A stretch of 52,506 bases of DNA from a virus (Duplodnaviria; Heunggongvirae; Uroviricota; Caudoviricetes): positions 1 through 52,506 of IMG/VR virus record IMGVR_UViG_2534681604_000014. One strand, given 5' to 3'. The notes beneath the pieces were generated by a model. It was not told where the DNA came from. It worked only from the letters and a program-made list of their open reading frames with translations, and did not search any database. A program made the translations under genes and the position numbers. Shown here in pieces: positions 40,720-52,175 of this stretch (the stretch's first letter is position 1; the number at the start of each line of letters is the position of its first letter).

Positions 40720-43263
40720 CTATCCGGTAATTGTTCGCCATGCACCATTAATATAAATCTGTATGGGTTTATATTTAATGAAGTCCATTTTATCGCCACC
40801 ATCAACGAATGTTACAACACAACCAGCCGGAGCAGTTGTTGCATGTTGCACTTCCGCTCCTAATTGAATATTTTGTATATATCTCGAATCAAAATTACCA
40901 TAATCAGTGGGCGTCACTCTGCCTGTGACATTGATTGGCTTATTACTTTGGAGTGCTCCTGGCTGGAAACGGAATACATGCTGGCTATTTGCATAAACAT
41001 CAAGAATGCCATCACCGTTCTGTTTAAAGCCCGTGTCATTATCGCCTAAAACGATAGAGTTTCCGCCGAGAGCGTTCGCTACCCCCAGTCCAACGCCACC
41101 ATTAATTACAGCCCCATTATTAATATCAACGCCATTTCCAAGCGCCACTCGCCCTGTGTCATTTCTAAACGAAAACGGGCGCAAGCTATTCCATCCACCA
41201 AGCTGATCACCTGATGCTGTAACTAATAAATATGTTAATGAGCCGTCATTTCGAAGGAATACTCCGTAATTTCCGTATACGGCACGGAATGCATTTGCAG
41301 TCCTGGAAACCACCTCGCCATTAACACTCATTGTAATAGAGTTATCAGTGTTTCTCTGGCTGTAAAAGTGATATCCCTTCTCATCTTTTAATTCAATAAC
41401 CGTTGGCCTTGATGAACTACCCCATATTTGCATATAAGTATTCAGTGACAGAGTTTCAGTAGTCTGCACCCTGAACACTTTCCCGTTTGAATTTTGAAAA
41501 CCAAGTGGTCCGGTTAAAGTTCCTCCGGTTAATTTCAAAAAGAGCGCATCAATCCAGCCCTCAAATCCAGCTTTCTTGATATACAGGTTGCCATCATTCG
41601 CCAGAATGCCACCACCTGGCGTTCTTAATGGTTGCGATATATTAGCCAAAGTCAGCAATCCCGTCATTGAATCGCCATCCCGACTGAAATCGCGTCTCCA
41701 TCCTGGCGCATAAGCGTCACCGTGGTTGATGTAGGTAAACTGAGCCTTGACAGTTCCACCATTGGTTGCCGTCGTAGGGGTAGTGATGCGAATCGTCATA
41801 GCACCCCGAACCCCCATAACCTCAACTACAGCGCCAGAAAGTTGTATATTCCCACAACCGGTATCCGTGATGATTTTATTGGCAGCGTAAGCCCAGGAGC
41901 CTTTGCACATCCAGTATGGATGATTGAACGCCCCTTGAGACTCCAGCCACTCGATAAATTGCGCCGTCGTCCAGTTATTGCTGTCTCCTCCGATGCTGAT
42001 ATTGCCGCTGGCAGCTTTTGCTGCACCAATATTTCTGACAAATAAATTTTTGTCGGGAATATCTGCGCCGTTCTGGTTTTTCTGCAATGCGCCAGACGCC
42101 AGGTTGACTGATTCTCCTAAACCAAGGTATTGGATAATGGCCTGGGTACTACTTTTAGCAAGAATATCCCGTCCAACTGGCGTCAAATCAGTCTGAGCAA
42201 CAGTATCTTTTCCTGTAAAGTAAGGAAGTTTATTTGCACCTGTTGGTAAACCAGCCAAAGCAGTTAACGTCGCATCCAAAGGCTGTTTACCTGCCAGGGC
42301 ATTTGTCATCGTGGTAGCAAAGTTCGGATCATTGCCAAGCGCCTCAGCTAACTCATTCAGAGTATCCAGAGCTTCAGGCGATGAACCGACCAATGCAGAT
42401 ATAGCAGCTCTTACATAAGCGGTTGTAGCAATCTGCGTATTGTTCGTACCCTGTGCCGCAGTAGGCGCGGTTGGCGTTCCTGTCAGACTCGGGCTTTCTA
42501 TTGGCGCTTTGGTATCAGCAAGATCTTTTACAGACTTAACGGCTTTAGGGGTCGCCGCCATTGTTTCGCTGTCGCTGTTAGTTTCGCTACTGAGCTGAAC
42601 TAATCCCTTTTGCGTTGTGCTTGCATCCTGCGCCGTATACTTGCTTTTCGCCAGATCGTAGGCTTTTTTAACCGCCAGCGAACTTGCAGCAACATCACTT
42701 CTGGTACTGGTTACAGAGTCTGAAATATCAATGCCGATCGTACGGTTGATACGCTCGGATGTATCAATCATCTCCTGGGTAATGGCAGATACACCAGCAG
42801 GAATATTCACCGTACAAACAAGCAGCTCTCCATCTCCTAACTGATATGAATCGGTATAGGTTCTGGCAATAAATTCAGCCGCATAAATATGTGACGCTGT
42901 ATTAACCTGATAGGTATCTTCTCCAAGGAGGTATCTTCCCTTTAGCACAATTGCATATTTCTTACCTGCGCTAAGTGCAAGAGAAATATCCTTACGATGC
43001 TGAATAGTTACCTGGTAGAATTCACCAATATCCACTGACGCTGCGCCAGCAGTTTTATCACCATCCACTGAGGTGATTAACAGGTTCATCCCACCACCAG
43101 GCTTAGGTAAGAAACCGGCATAAAATCCAGGATCAACAATTCCCCTGAATTTTCGGTTTAGCGCGGCTGACAGATATGGTTCGTGGTATTGCACATCAGC
43201 CACCAGAGCCAACGACTCGGGTGATGGGTAAGTAACCGATGTGACAACTGTAACGTCATTCAT
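40720..43263 (-). CDS. S: tail fibre protein S
   Basis: 847 aa from ATG 43263 (MNDVTVVTSVTYPSPESLALVADVQYHEPYL...), RBS AAGGA upstream; the 40720..43350 ORF-track start is rejected. Confidence 0.85.
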   Translation of the reverse strand: MNDVTVVTSVTYPSPESLALVADVQYHEPYLSAALNRKFRGIVDPGFYAGFLPKPGGGMNLLITSVDGDKTAGAASVDIGEFYQVTIQHRKDISLALSAGKKYAIVLKGRYLLGEDTYQVNTASHIYAAEFIARTYTDSYQLGDGELLVCTVNIPAGVSAITQEMIDTSERINRTIGIDISDSVTSTRSDVAASSLAVKKAYDLAKSKYTAQDASTTQKGLVQLSSETNSDSETMAATPKAVKSVKDLADTKAPIESPSLTGTPTAPTAAQGTNNTQIATTAYVRAAISALVGSSPEALDTLNELAEALGNDPNFATTMTNALAGKQPLDATLTALAGLPTGANKLPYFTGKDTVAQTDLTPVGRDILAKSSTQAIIQYLGLGESVNLASGALQKNQNGADIPDKNLFVRNIGAAKAASGNISIGGDSNNWTTAQFIEWLESQGAFNHPYWMCKGSWAYAANKIITDTGCGNIQLSGAVVEVMGVRGAMTIRITTPTTATNGGTVKAQFTYINHGDAYAPGWRRDFSRDGDSMTGLLTLANISQPLRTPGGGILANDGNLYIKKAGFEGWIDALFLKLTGGTLTGPLGFQNSNGKVFRVQTTETLSLNTYMQIWGSSSRPTVIELKDEKGYHFYSQRNTDNSITMSVNGEVVSRTANAFRAVYGNYGVFLRNDGSLTYLLVTASGDQLGGWNSLRPFSFRNDTGRVALGNGVDINNGAVINGGVGLGVANALGGNSIVLGDNDTGFKQNGDGILDVYANSQHVFRFQPGALQSNKPINVTGRVTPTDYGNFDSRYIQNIQLGAEVQHATTAPAGCVVTFVDGGDKMDFIKYKPIQIYINGAWRTITG
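42843..43241. repeat. direct repeat copy (5-prime end of S) matching 39225-39620
   Basis: Same-orientation homology of about 395 bp, with a run identical over about 70 bp (43141-43210 and 39520-39591). Confidence 0.8.
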
Positions 43264-43274
43264 CAAGCATATCC

Positions 43275-43709
43275 TTATGCTGTAGTCGTGTTTATGGCCA
43301 TAACTGCGGTATATGTTTTGCCCACATACAGCGAGTCTTCCTGGACACAAATAATGGCGATTGGCTTGTTCTCGTTATCCAGAACAACCAGAGTGTTGAA
43401 TGGGTAGTTTTTCCCTTCCTGCAACTGGCTTTGATCAAGGTCCATTCGGACAGTAATTATCCCACCTGAGTAGGTTGGCACGAGGTTGATGGTGCAAAAT
43501 TGACTGGTTAGTTCTGCCAGATCGAAAGCCTTTGGCAGTTCTCCAATCTCATAAGTGCCATCTCCTTTCTTAGTAACCAGCGAACTGGTACCGAAAACGG
43601 CCTTGCTGATTAAAAATCGAGAGCCTTTGTTAATGGACGATTCAGCGCGCCGCTGATAGTAATAGTCCAACAACTGACTCTTATAGAGGTTTGTTGAGAC
43701 GTCAGACAT
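43275..43709 (-). CDS. R: tail fibre structural protein R
   Basis: 144-aa ORF immediately upstream of S. Confidence 0.6.
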   Translation of the reverse strand: MSDVSTNLYKSQLLDYYYQRRAESSINKGSRFLISKAVFGTSSLVTKKGDGTYEIGELPKAFDLAELTSQFCTINLVPTYSGGIITVRMDLDQSQLQEGKNYPFNTLVVLDNENKPIAIICVQEDSLYVGKTYTAVMAINTTTA

Positions 43710-43787
43710 GATTTTCCCTAATCAATGTTGTGAAGCCTCATTGTAAGATAAGTAACTTGTCACCCCGCCCTACGGACGGGGTGATTG

Positions 43788-44627
43788 TCAGGCGTCGCTA
43801 TCCAGCAACAAATCATCTGCGCGTGTGCGATCAAACGTAGGTGTCGCTTTCACAATAGTGCCACCAGGCGTTGCGGTGATCGGGGCGCTAATCGACGTAA
43901 CTCCAGTAAGCGAAGTTGTATCCGAAGTTTCAAACCAGCAGAATGCTTTTTCGGTATCAGAAATCTCGTTCAAAGTGATCATGTCGGCCTGTTCATTTAC
44001 AACAACCGACAAATAGAGCGTAAGCCCATCAAACACTATATGCAGTGGCAGTAGAGGCTTTACGAACTGATTAAACTTTCTGAGAATTTCTTCTGTAATT
44101 GCAGACTGATCTATCGTGCCAGTAATACCCATTGTCCTGGCCAGGTCGTTTATGGGAATACTGATCATCCCTCTGGAAGTCAGAAACATCTCGCCGAATG
44201 TGCCGCCGGTAGTCTCCAGTGTGCTTTCTGGTATTAGAACTGTGCCATAGGGATGACGCTCAAGGTCCACCGGTGCATATATCGGATCCCATAAAACAGA
44301 AATACCGTTAAATTCGCGGTAAATTGTCTGGTTTATAGGACGTTCAGTTCCCTTAAAGTGGATCTCATCAAGCCGCTGTTGTAACAACATCGGAACGGAA
44401 GATGAGTTCGAGGTTCTGATAGTAAAGAACTGGCCAAGTTCATTTGTCCTGGTCTCCAGATCCTCCTTGCTCATGGAGAAAATAGACTTCCGGTTGGTAA
44501 TTCGCTCCAACCATGGGTCAACAAAGGTGTCCATCATTGACTGAACCAAATCAGCCAATGATTTATAGAGCAATGACTTTTGCTTAGCTGATGTAAGCCG
44601 GTTATTAAACCAGGAACGCTGCATCAC
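43788..44627 (-). CDS. baseplate/tail morphogenesis protein
   Basis: 279 aa; 4-nt overlap with the upstream gene. Confidence 0.55.
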   Translation of the reverse strand: MMQRSWFNNRLTSAKQKSLLYKSLADLVQSMMDTFVDPWLERITNRKSIFSMSKEDLETRTNELGQFFTIRTSNSSSVPMLLQQRLDEIHFKGTERPINQTIYREFNGISVLWDPIYAPVDLERHPYGTVLIPESTLETTGGTFGEMFLTSRGMISIPINDLARTMGITGTIDQSAITEEILRKFNQFVKPLLPLHIVFDGLTLYLSVVVNEQADMITLNEISDTEKAFCWFETSDTTSLTGVTSISAPITATPGGTIVKATPTFDRTRADDLLLDSDA

Positions 44628-46057
44628 TCCTCCTCATACGAAATATTAAAGGTGGAGTTTTCTGTATCCAGATAAACGAAATCGTAAAAGCCGTTGGACT
44701 CATTCCACTCGACAAATTCCAGATAAAAAGTCGCGGAAATAACCCAGCGTTTCGATAAACGCCCAAACGTCTTTTTCTTAATCAGGATGTACTTTCCGAC
44801 GCGGTTCGGATCAAAGAAAGTTGAGTCGCGCCCAAATTTTGTTTCCAGTGCCGACTTCAGCTCATCGGTCACATTCTCAATGGTCAGGCTTGCCGATATC
44901 CGTCCGGTGATGGTTATCTTAAATGGTAGTTTTCTGACCTCTTTATAAGAGAATTTCTTGTTCAACTCATTCGGCACCTTCTTAAAGGCAGCCAGGATCA
45001 TTTCTTCAAGCTCTGACTGGCTTTTATTTGGATGCCATCCTGAAATAAATATCTTATTGATATTCTGAACATTATAAGCACCATCTAATTTCTCTTGCTG
45101 GCCTTCGCCCCATGCCTTTACCCAGGACAGTCCCGGGATGTTACGCACCAGAAAATACGTATAGTCCCCGCCCCATACGACCTGATCATCATAGGCAAGG
45201 TAATATTGTGCACGGTTACGTGTGATCTCCGTTGTTTCGGCATCGGTACCGGCGGTTATAGGTGTCGTTGTCTTAACTGAAATCGAGTTGGCTAAATTAG
45301 CCGCAGAATCGACAGGCGTCAGGTTTTGGCCAGCAACAAGGGTTATATCTCCGTTGGTGCACCATACCTTAAGTGTAATGGTCGAGCCTTCTGGCGGTAT
45401 TTGCCCAATTAGCCCATCACCGAATCGAACCCCCAACTGCTCGGATGGTTTATAAAACTCAACGTAGACCTGGCTTTTACTACCGGCTAACCGGAACATA
45501 GTGCTGGAAGACCACTGCGTGGTCTTACCATCGGTCGTCACGAATACTTCCAGCTTATAGCAGACAGCAGTGAGAGCCTTTGATAACACGACTTCCAGAA
45601 ATTCTTTGGCTGCCGTAACGGTATATGTCACCTCCTGGATTTCCAACTGTGCCACTTCTACCGTACCGGTGCCGTCAACCAACCTGCATACATCCATAGT
45701 CATGTAAGGGTACTGGTCGTCAGATATTAAAGGCATGTTTTTGGGGATTACCGCTGGGGCATCTTCACTTGTGGCGGTGATCTCAATCATCCCCGATGAC
45801 GGTGTTGGCTTGGTACCAACGTAACTATTCGTTTCTGCCGCTGCCAGGATAGAGGAACGCCGCGTCGCGGTCGATATAAAGCCTTCAGCCAGCGCCGCAT
45901 CGGCATACTGAAAGCACCTGTAGACAATCTGGGTAATAAACAATGTCAGCATCGAGACAAATTGAGAGCCGACAAACTTCGACCAGAATGAATCTTTCTC
46001 GACAAGCTCTTCAAACTCTGCACGAATACTGTCTTTAGTCGGTGTTGTTTTACTCAT
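44624..46057 (-). CDS. baseplate J-like protein
   Basis: 477 aa; operon position between the gp25-like gene and the tail fibre genes. Confidence 0.55.
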   Translation of the reverse strand: MSKTTPTKDSIRAEFEELVEKDSFWSKFVGSQFVSMLTLFITQIVYRCFQYADAALAEGFISTATRRSSILAAAETNSYVGTKPTPSSGMIEITATSEDAPAVIPKNMPLISDDQYPYMTMDVCRLVDGTGTVEVAQLEIQEVTYTVTAAKEFLEVVLSKALTAVCYKLEVFVTTDGKTTQWSSSTMFRLAGSKSQVYVEFYKPSEQLGVRFGDGLIGQIPPEGSTITLKVWCTNGDITLVAGQNLTPVDSAANLANSISVKTTTPITAGTDAETTEITRNRAQYYLAYDDQVVWGGDYTYFLVRNIPGLSWVKAWGEGQQEKLDGAYNVQNINKIFISGWHPNKSQSELEEMILAAFKKVPNELNKKFSYKEVRKLPFKITITGRISASLTIENVTDELKSALETKFGRDSTFFDPNRVGKYILIKKKTFGRLSKRWVISATFYLEFVEWNESNGFYDFVYLDTENSTFNISYEEE

Positions 46058-46413
46058 AGCACCACGTCCTGTGTGATAGTTATATCCCTGATACGAATGG
46101 ATATTTTCAACTTATCAAAAGCATCTCCCTCGGCTACTGACAAGCCAGAAATCGGTATGTCAGGTAAATCTACCGTCAGTTTTTGCAACAGCATTGCCTC
46201 AACCGCAATTTGAACATGCGACAAGTTGGTCGGTTCGTGTTTAAACTGCGGTAAAACATTGCCCCATGACGGATCTCCGTATACCTCACCCTGATAAGTG
46301 TTTAGCCACTCATATAAACGAGCGCCCCAGGCCTCCTCCTGGGACTCATACGTTTTTACGCCGGATAACTCCAGCGTCAGCAAAGGATCAATTTCGTTAT
46401 TGTTGGCCATCAA
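46054..46413 (-). CDS. small baseplate protein (gp25/GPW-like)
   Basis: 119 aa; 4-nt overlaps with both neighbours. Confidence 0.45.
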   Translation of the reverse strand: MMANNNEIDPLLTLELSGVKTYESQEEAWGARLYEWLNTYQGEVYGDPSWGNVLPQFKHEPTNLSHVQIAVEAMLLQKLTVDLPDIPISGLSVAEGDAFDKLKISIRIRDITITQDVVL

Positions 46414-49400
46414 TCAACTCTCGCGTAGTCATTCATCAACGGATCATCAATTGACAGTGGTACCGTGCGCATAACGCCCGGCTGAGGCGTGCTGACCTTT
46501 ACGACAGTTCCCTGGCCTTTCGCCGAGTCTTTGGTGTGCTCTTCAATCCTGGCAAGCAATGAGGTCATCTGCGCAAACAGCCGCTTCGTTTCACCATCAA
46601 GTGAAACGGTATTATCAGCCAACTGCATTGTCGGCTTGGCACCGGAACCGCCAAGGTCACTAATAACCTGCCCGTCTATCTGCATACGACCAGTTGGTTG
46701 CTGCAAATCGTTGACGGCAGTCGTCACCTGGGACGTGGAGGCTGGTTGAGGAGAATTATTTGAGCGCATTCCCCGGGCATTAATGAGTTTGTCATACAGC
46801 CCATCAATCCCCATTTGTGCACCGAGTTGGTCAAAGTAACTTGAGTTGTTTGCTACCGGACGTGCCTCTTCAACTGGCATAGGTGTATCAACATACACAT
46901 TGCCAGCAGCCGTTGCGGTCCCCTTCCCTCGTGCACGTTCTTCGAGCGTTCCCTGAACGACTTCCCGACGCATCCCCCGGCCATTCATGAATTTGTTGAC
47001 CAGATCGTTAACGCCAACAGTATTGCCGATTTTGTCTACCAGACCGCCCTTCTCAAACGGACTATCACCAGGGGTAAACGCCAGACCAGTAGACTGATCG
47101 ATAACGGCGTTATCAGGCAGTGCCCCCCTTATTCCATATTGCGCTCCACCCTGTGCTCCTGCTCCAGGTGTATAGATTTCACCACCTAAATAGCGAGCAC
47201 GATGAGTATTGACCTTGATCGCATACTCACGGTTTTCCTTCGATAAGTCACCTGTGCCTTTTTTCCAGTTGTTAATAGTCCTAAAACCAGCGTTATATGC
47301 GGTGATGGCCTCGTTCCAATCTCCCTTTGCTTGTTTCAAATACTTGCTCATGAGAAGAGCAGCAGCTTCTGCCGATTTTTCCGGATTAAACGAATCTTCC
47401 CGGGATAATCCAGTTTCCTTACGAGCAATGTCCGTAAACTGAAACATTCCTAGCGCACCAGTTTGAGATTTTGCATACGGATTGCCATTAGATTCAGTAG
47501 CTGCAATAGAATGAAGAGTGCCTTCTGGAAGACCATATTTATTCTCTAGTTCAGCAAAATACGGAGCCAACTTATCGAGATTTGCCTTACCTTCAGCGCC
47601 AAGACTTCCGACTTTCACATCCAAGTTGCCATTGTTGTAGGTATCCGCAGCTTTCTGAATGTCATTCCTGGTGCCAGTGGTATTAAGCGATGATGATGAC
47701 GAGCTATTTTGACCAATAGCATTATCAATTTTCTGCAACGCGCTATTGCCCGTTTCTACGGCATTTGCATTGATAATCTGATTAGCAGTTTCTTTAACTG
47801 TTTTATTGCTATCTTTCGCCATATCCAGGGCCGCATTTATCACGCGGGCAGCAATATTAGTCTGTTTGGCATTAGATTTAGTTTTAGAATCAGATGTCCC
47901 CTGGTGGCTATTAACCGGAGTTTTTAACTCTGGCGTGATTTCTTTTGCATTAGCCTCGCCGATCGGATTGGGTATTTTTGATACAATCATTGCCGCAGGG
48001 GTATTTTTAACGGCATCAACCGCTGCATCTAATGCTTTACCGGGTAAATTTTTAACCCCATTCCAAATATTACCAGCCGCCTCTTTAATGTGTTTCCCTG
48101 GGTTCTTAATGAAATCAATTTCACTATCAATTGCATCACTGAAAACCTGTTTCAGGTTATCGACAGTAAAGAAGTCTTTGATGGCATCCAGCTTTTCAAG
48201 CAGCTTATTAGATGTATCGCTAAACCATGCTGAAACAGCATCACCAATCTTTGCTGTATAATCATCGAACTTGGTAGAAATGGTGTCGCCAAGGTTAGAA
48301 ATATATGTTTCTAAGTTGGTAATCCCACTATCAATGGCCTGGGCAATACTTTCCGTCGAAAATGATTGCAACATATTGCCGATCTCCTCAAATCCAAGTG
48401 ATTTGAGAACCTCACCAATGGCACTGCTAATGCCAGATACCAGTCCTCCCATATCGAGAACGTTAGCCAGTGTATAAGCCGCTTTTTGCTGAAAAGATGG
48501 GTCTTCCCCACCCTTAAGCCCAAAGATCCGGCGTTGCGCTTCTGTATCATTCCAACCGGTTACCGCATCATAAATACCTCCAGCCACTGTGCCGACTAGG
48601 GGAATTGCACGTAACGCCCCTTTACCAACAGCCTTTAACCCCAGTTTACCAGCTGCCCGGGCAGCCAAATCTCCGCCTTCATGGGCGAGAGTCTTCTTGC
48701 CACCACCGCGTAGCATTCCTACAAGTTTCTTTACCCCCAGAGCGCCAAAAGCGAGTGCTCCAGCTTTTTTCAGCATGCCACGCCCCATTAACAACGACGC
48801 GACGCCACCGGCCCCCTTCCCTAACAGGCTAAATAGTTTGGACAGCAAGCCGCCCTTCTTTTTCCCGGTGTTTTTGGCTATCTGATCAAGGGCGCTGAGA
48901 ATCTTGTCATTGCCCTCTTTAATTTCGCTGGTCTGCTCCTGAAGTTCCTGAACCGTCCGTTTTTGGGTGTTAACCTGAACGACATCGGCACTATTTTGCG
49001 ATTTACGCCTAAAAAAACCTTTTCTACGGCTGTTATCGTCATTGCCACGAATCACATCGGCAATAGACTTTCTGGCACCATTAAGCGATCCACCAACTTC
49101 TTTTGATATCCCGCCAAGCTCCTTCCCTGCAGCCCACAATGGGCCAGCCACGGCATAACCTAACGCATCGACGGCACGAGTCTCTGAAGGGTTTCCTATG
49201 CCTTCAGCTACTTTTGACAGTTTTTTTAATAAACCTGATTCAGCATTTAGACGCTCATCATCCTCTTTTCGCCTGGCCTTTTCTGCTCGTTCAGCACGGG
49301 CATCTTCCGCTGCGGCCTTACTCCCTGACTTTCCAATAAAACGACCACGCGCATCTCGTTGGTTTTGGCTTTTTTGCGCACCGCCTTTTTGACCGAACAT

Positions 49401-49802
49401 TTCGCGAGCGTGTTCGGCTGCTTCGGTCCGTTGTGCCTTTACATTCTCAGGTATAGCCTTCCTGCGTCGTTTTTTACTCTTTGGTGTAGTTGATTTGGCC
49501 TGCTGTTCCTGTTGAGCAACATCCTCCTGAACTACACGAGAAACATCCCCTAAATTAAGCCGTTTCATTGCGTCAACAATAGGATCTACTGATGGCGCTT
49601 TAGCCACAAAGTCAGGCCGGGAATTTTCGATTGTGCGATTTAATGCCGACACACTGCGAGAGACAGGATCAACAGTTGCAACGCGTCCCCTTTTCAAATC
49701 TTCAACAGCTTCCCGGATACCTGCAAGCTCTTCCAGCTCTTTTGCGCTGGCGGTTTCAACTGTCCTTATAACATCGTCAATGTTGGCGTTTTTTCTTTCC
49801 AT
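46410..49802 (-). CDS. sit: Sit tape-measure / injection transglycosylase
   Basis: 1130 aa; lytic transglycosylase motif ATESNGNPYAKSQTGALGMFQF; Gly/Ala/Lys-rich repeats. Confidence 0.85.
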   Translation of the reverse strand: MERKNANIDDVIRTVETASAKELEELAGIREAVEDLKRGRVATVDPVSRSVSALNRTIENSRPDFVAKAPSVDPIVDAMKRLNLGDVSRVVQEDVAQQEQQAKSTTPKSKKRRRKAIPENVKAQRTEAAEHAREMFGQKGGAQKSQNQRDARGRFIGKSGSKAAAEDARAERAEKARRKEDDERLNAESGLLKKLSKVAEGIGNPSETRAVDALGYAVAGPLWAAGKELGGISKEVGGSLNGARKSIADVIRGNDDNSRRKGFFRRKSQNSADVVQVNTQKRTVQELQEQTSEIKEGNDKILSALDQIAKNTGKKKGGLLSKLFSLLGKGAGGVASLLMGRGMLKKAGALAFGALGVKKLVGMLRGGGKKTLAHEGGDLAARAAGKLGLKAVGKGALRAIPLVGTVAGGIYDAVTGWNDTEAQRRIFGLKGGEDPSFQQKAAYTLANVLDMGGLVSGISSAIGEVLKSLGFEEIGNMLQSFSTESIAQAIDSGITNLETYISNLGDTISTKFDDYTAKIGDAVSAWFSDTSNKLLEKLDAIKDFFTVDNLKQVFSDAIDSEIDFIKNPGKHIKEAAGNIWNGVKNLPGKALDAAVDAVKNTPAAMIVSKIPNPIGEANAKEITPELKTPVNSHQGTSDSKTKSNAKQTNIAARVINAALDMAKDSNKTVKETANQIINANAVETGNSALQKIDNAIGQNSSSSSSLNTTGTRNDIQKAADTYNNGNLDVKVGSLGAEGKANLDKLAPYFAELENKYGLPEGTLHSIAATESNGNPYAKSQTGALGMFQFTDIARKETGLSREDSFNPEKSAEAAALLMSKYLKQAKGDWNEAITAYNAGFRTINNWKKGTGDLSKENREYAIKVNTHRARYLGGEIYTPGAGAQGGAQYGIRGALPDNAVIDQSTGLAFTPGDSPFEKGGLVDKIGNTVGVNDLVNKFMNGRGMRREVVQGTLEERARGKGTATAAGNVYVDTPMPVEEARPVANNSSYFDQLGAQMGIDGLYDKLINARGMRSNNSPQPASTSQVTTAVNDLQQPTGRMQIDGQVISDLGGSGAKPTMQLADNTVSLDGETKRLFAQMTSLLARIEEHTKDSAKGQGTVVKVSTPQPGVMRTVPLSIDDPLMNDYARVD

Positions 49803-49883
49803 GATCTTATCGCCTACCGTTTCGGTTTAAGTTTTTCTTCCAGCTTCTCCAACAGGAAAAACGCATAGGATTCAGTGAGCCTT

Positions 49884-50765
49884 TCAGCGTCTTGAATCGG
49901 TATACCCCCATACAAAACCAGGTTGGACACTAAGGTCTGATAGCTTTTCAATCCCCACCTGTGGAATGAAGTCGGTAGCCCGAAAGGGCACCCACAGACG
50001 GGTATACGCACCCTCTGTGGACTCCTTTTTATCCTGGTTTGGGCATTTATGCGGCGGGAGACGAAGACGCATTTCGCCTTTATCTATGTAGCACGGTAAT
50101 CCATGTTCGAGCTTTTCATGAGCCAGTCGGATGTTTGCCGCCAGCTTCATAAATTCAGTATCAATGGCCATCCGTTTAATCGTTTCATAACGACGCTCAG
50201 CCTGATCTTCACGAGTACCGCTAACATCGTTATAAAGCTCACACTGATAAGCGAATTCCCAAAAACGCAAATCAACGATCGCTTCTTTGAATTCCGCGTC
50301 GTCTTCAGGTGGCAATGCTGCACGGCGCATCTCCAGCATTTCCATTGCCCAACCATCAAGCGGCACGATACGCCATTGATAGGGTACGCCCTCTACAGAC
50401 ACCTCAATATCGTCAATGAACGGTTCCGCTTCCAAGACCTGGATATCTTCAGCCAGAGCATTCATATCGCAATCGTAATAATGCTCTTTACCGCAATGTT
50501 TACAGGTGTAGGTGAATGTCTCGACCGGTGTTTCACGGGAGCCGGTAAATATCCACCATAACGAGGTAATTCGGTCCTGCGCCGTCCATGTCAGGGGATC
50601 ATGTTTCGCGGGTTCAGCCAGCAAGGCTTTTAAATACGCCGTTGTCTGTTGTTCTTGTTCCTCCGGTGTTATCGAGTTGAAACGCATCGCATCAGCAATA
50701 TTTGGCTGACGGAACTGGATCAATTCAGTTGGCCGCGATGGTAGCGGGAAAAGAGGTAAAAGCAT
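49884..50765 (-). CDS. late morphogenetic protein
   Basis: 293-aa ORF upstream of sit. Confidence 0.5.
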   Translation of the reverse strand: MLLPLFPLPSRPTELIQFRQPNIADAMRFNSITPEEQEQQTTAYLKALLAEPAKHDPLTWTAQDRITSLWWIFTGSRETPVETFTYTCKHCGKEHYYDCDMNALAEDIQVLEAEPFIDDIEVSVEGVPYQWRIVPLDGWAMEMLEMRRAALPPEDDAEFKEAIVDLRFWEFAYQCELYNDVSGTREDQAERRYETIKRMAIDTEFMKLAANIRLAHEKLEHGLPCYIDKGEMRLRLPPHKCPNQDKKESTEGAYTRLWVPFRATDFIPQVGIEKLSDLSVQPGFVWGYTDSRR

Positions 50766-50779
50766 CCTTGCTCCTTAAT

Positions 50780-51391
50780 TCAAAGAGAAAAGCTAAAGCC
50801 CAGAAGGGAAGCCAAAGAACTTGAGGATTGGTTAAACGTGCTGTGCAATGCGAAGGTCATTGGGAATGACTTAAATTCAGTAACCTGATCCCGCGCATAG
50901 GTGACATCGCCGGTAGTGACCGGGAATACCGTCATCTCATTTTCCAGTTTGGTTAAACCGGAAGACAGCAACCGATAAATACGCGCATTGAGCAAATATT
51001 TAGACGGTATATTCACGGTGCCGTCAGGATTGATCACCCGACTTTTTGCCGTATTAAACCAGTCAAAAACAAGGCCATCACCGGTATCCCTGACCATCAT
51101 TGTTATCTGCCCAGGAGAACGCTCCGTTGGCTGAAGGATATTCCCTCCGCCGATTTTAATCGTTTCATATTCGATGCTGTAATCGTGGTAGGTAATGTCT
51201 TTGGCAAAGAAGTCTGCCCCCTCCAGTCCATCAACTTCGACAGAGAACTGCCATCCTTGCGCGAACAGCATTTTGTTCATGATGATTGACGTCAGCTTAC
51301 CAACTTCCCGCTCACCAACGCCGGAGCCAAATAATGTCGTCGTTAATGCCGAAGATACATAAGACTTTACTGATGCAACATTAAGTCCCAT
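50780..51391 (-). CDS. tail-associated structural protein (possible tail tube)
   Basis: 203-aa ORF in the late operon. Confidence 0.45.
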   Translation of the reverse strand: MGLNVASVKSYVSSALTTTLFGSGVGEREVGKLTSIIMNKMLFAQGWQFSVEVDGLEGADFFAKDITYHDYSIEYETIKIGGGNILQPTERSPGQITMMVRDTGDGLVFDWFNTAKSRVINPDGTVNIPSKYLLNARIYRLLSSGLTKLENEMTVFPVTTGDVTYARDQVTEFKSFPMTFALHSTFNQSSSSLASLLGFSFSL

Positions 51392-51401
51392 ATCAACGAC
51401 C

Positions 51402-52009
<608 letters not shown>

Positions 52010-52175
52010 TAGTCATTTGTCCATTGAGTGGGAATATTGCCGTCTGGGAGCAATATGGTATCATTAAGTTAGAGTAGGTAGTGTAGATGGAATGAGGAGT
52101 ATCATATGGTTATCACACAATCAGGTTGCTTTGAGTCAGGTTGTTTTGAGTAAAACAATAAAACGCCCTTTAATG

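Noticed and set aside
40720-43350. 876-aa version of the tail-fibre ORF
   Set aside because: The N-terminal 29 codons overlap the R gene; the conserved tail-fibre N-terminus MNDVTVV begins at ATG 43263 with an RBS.
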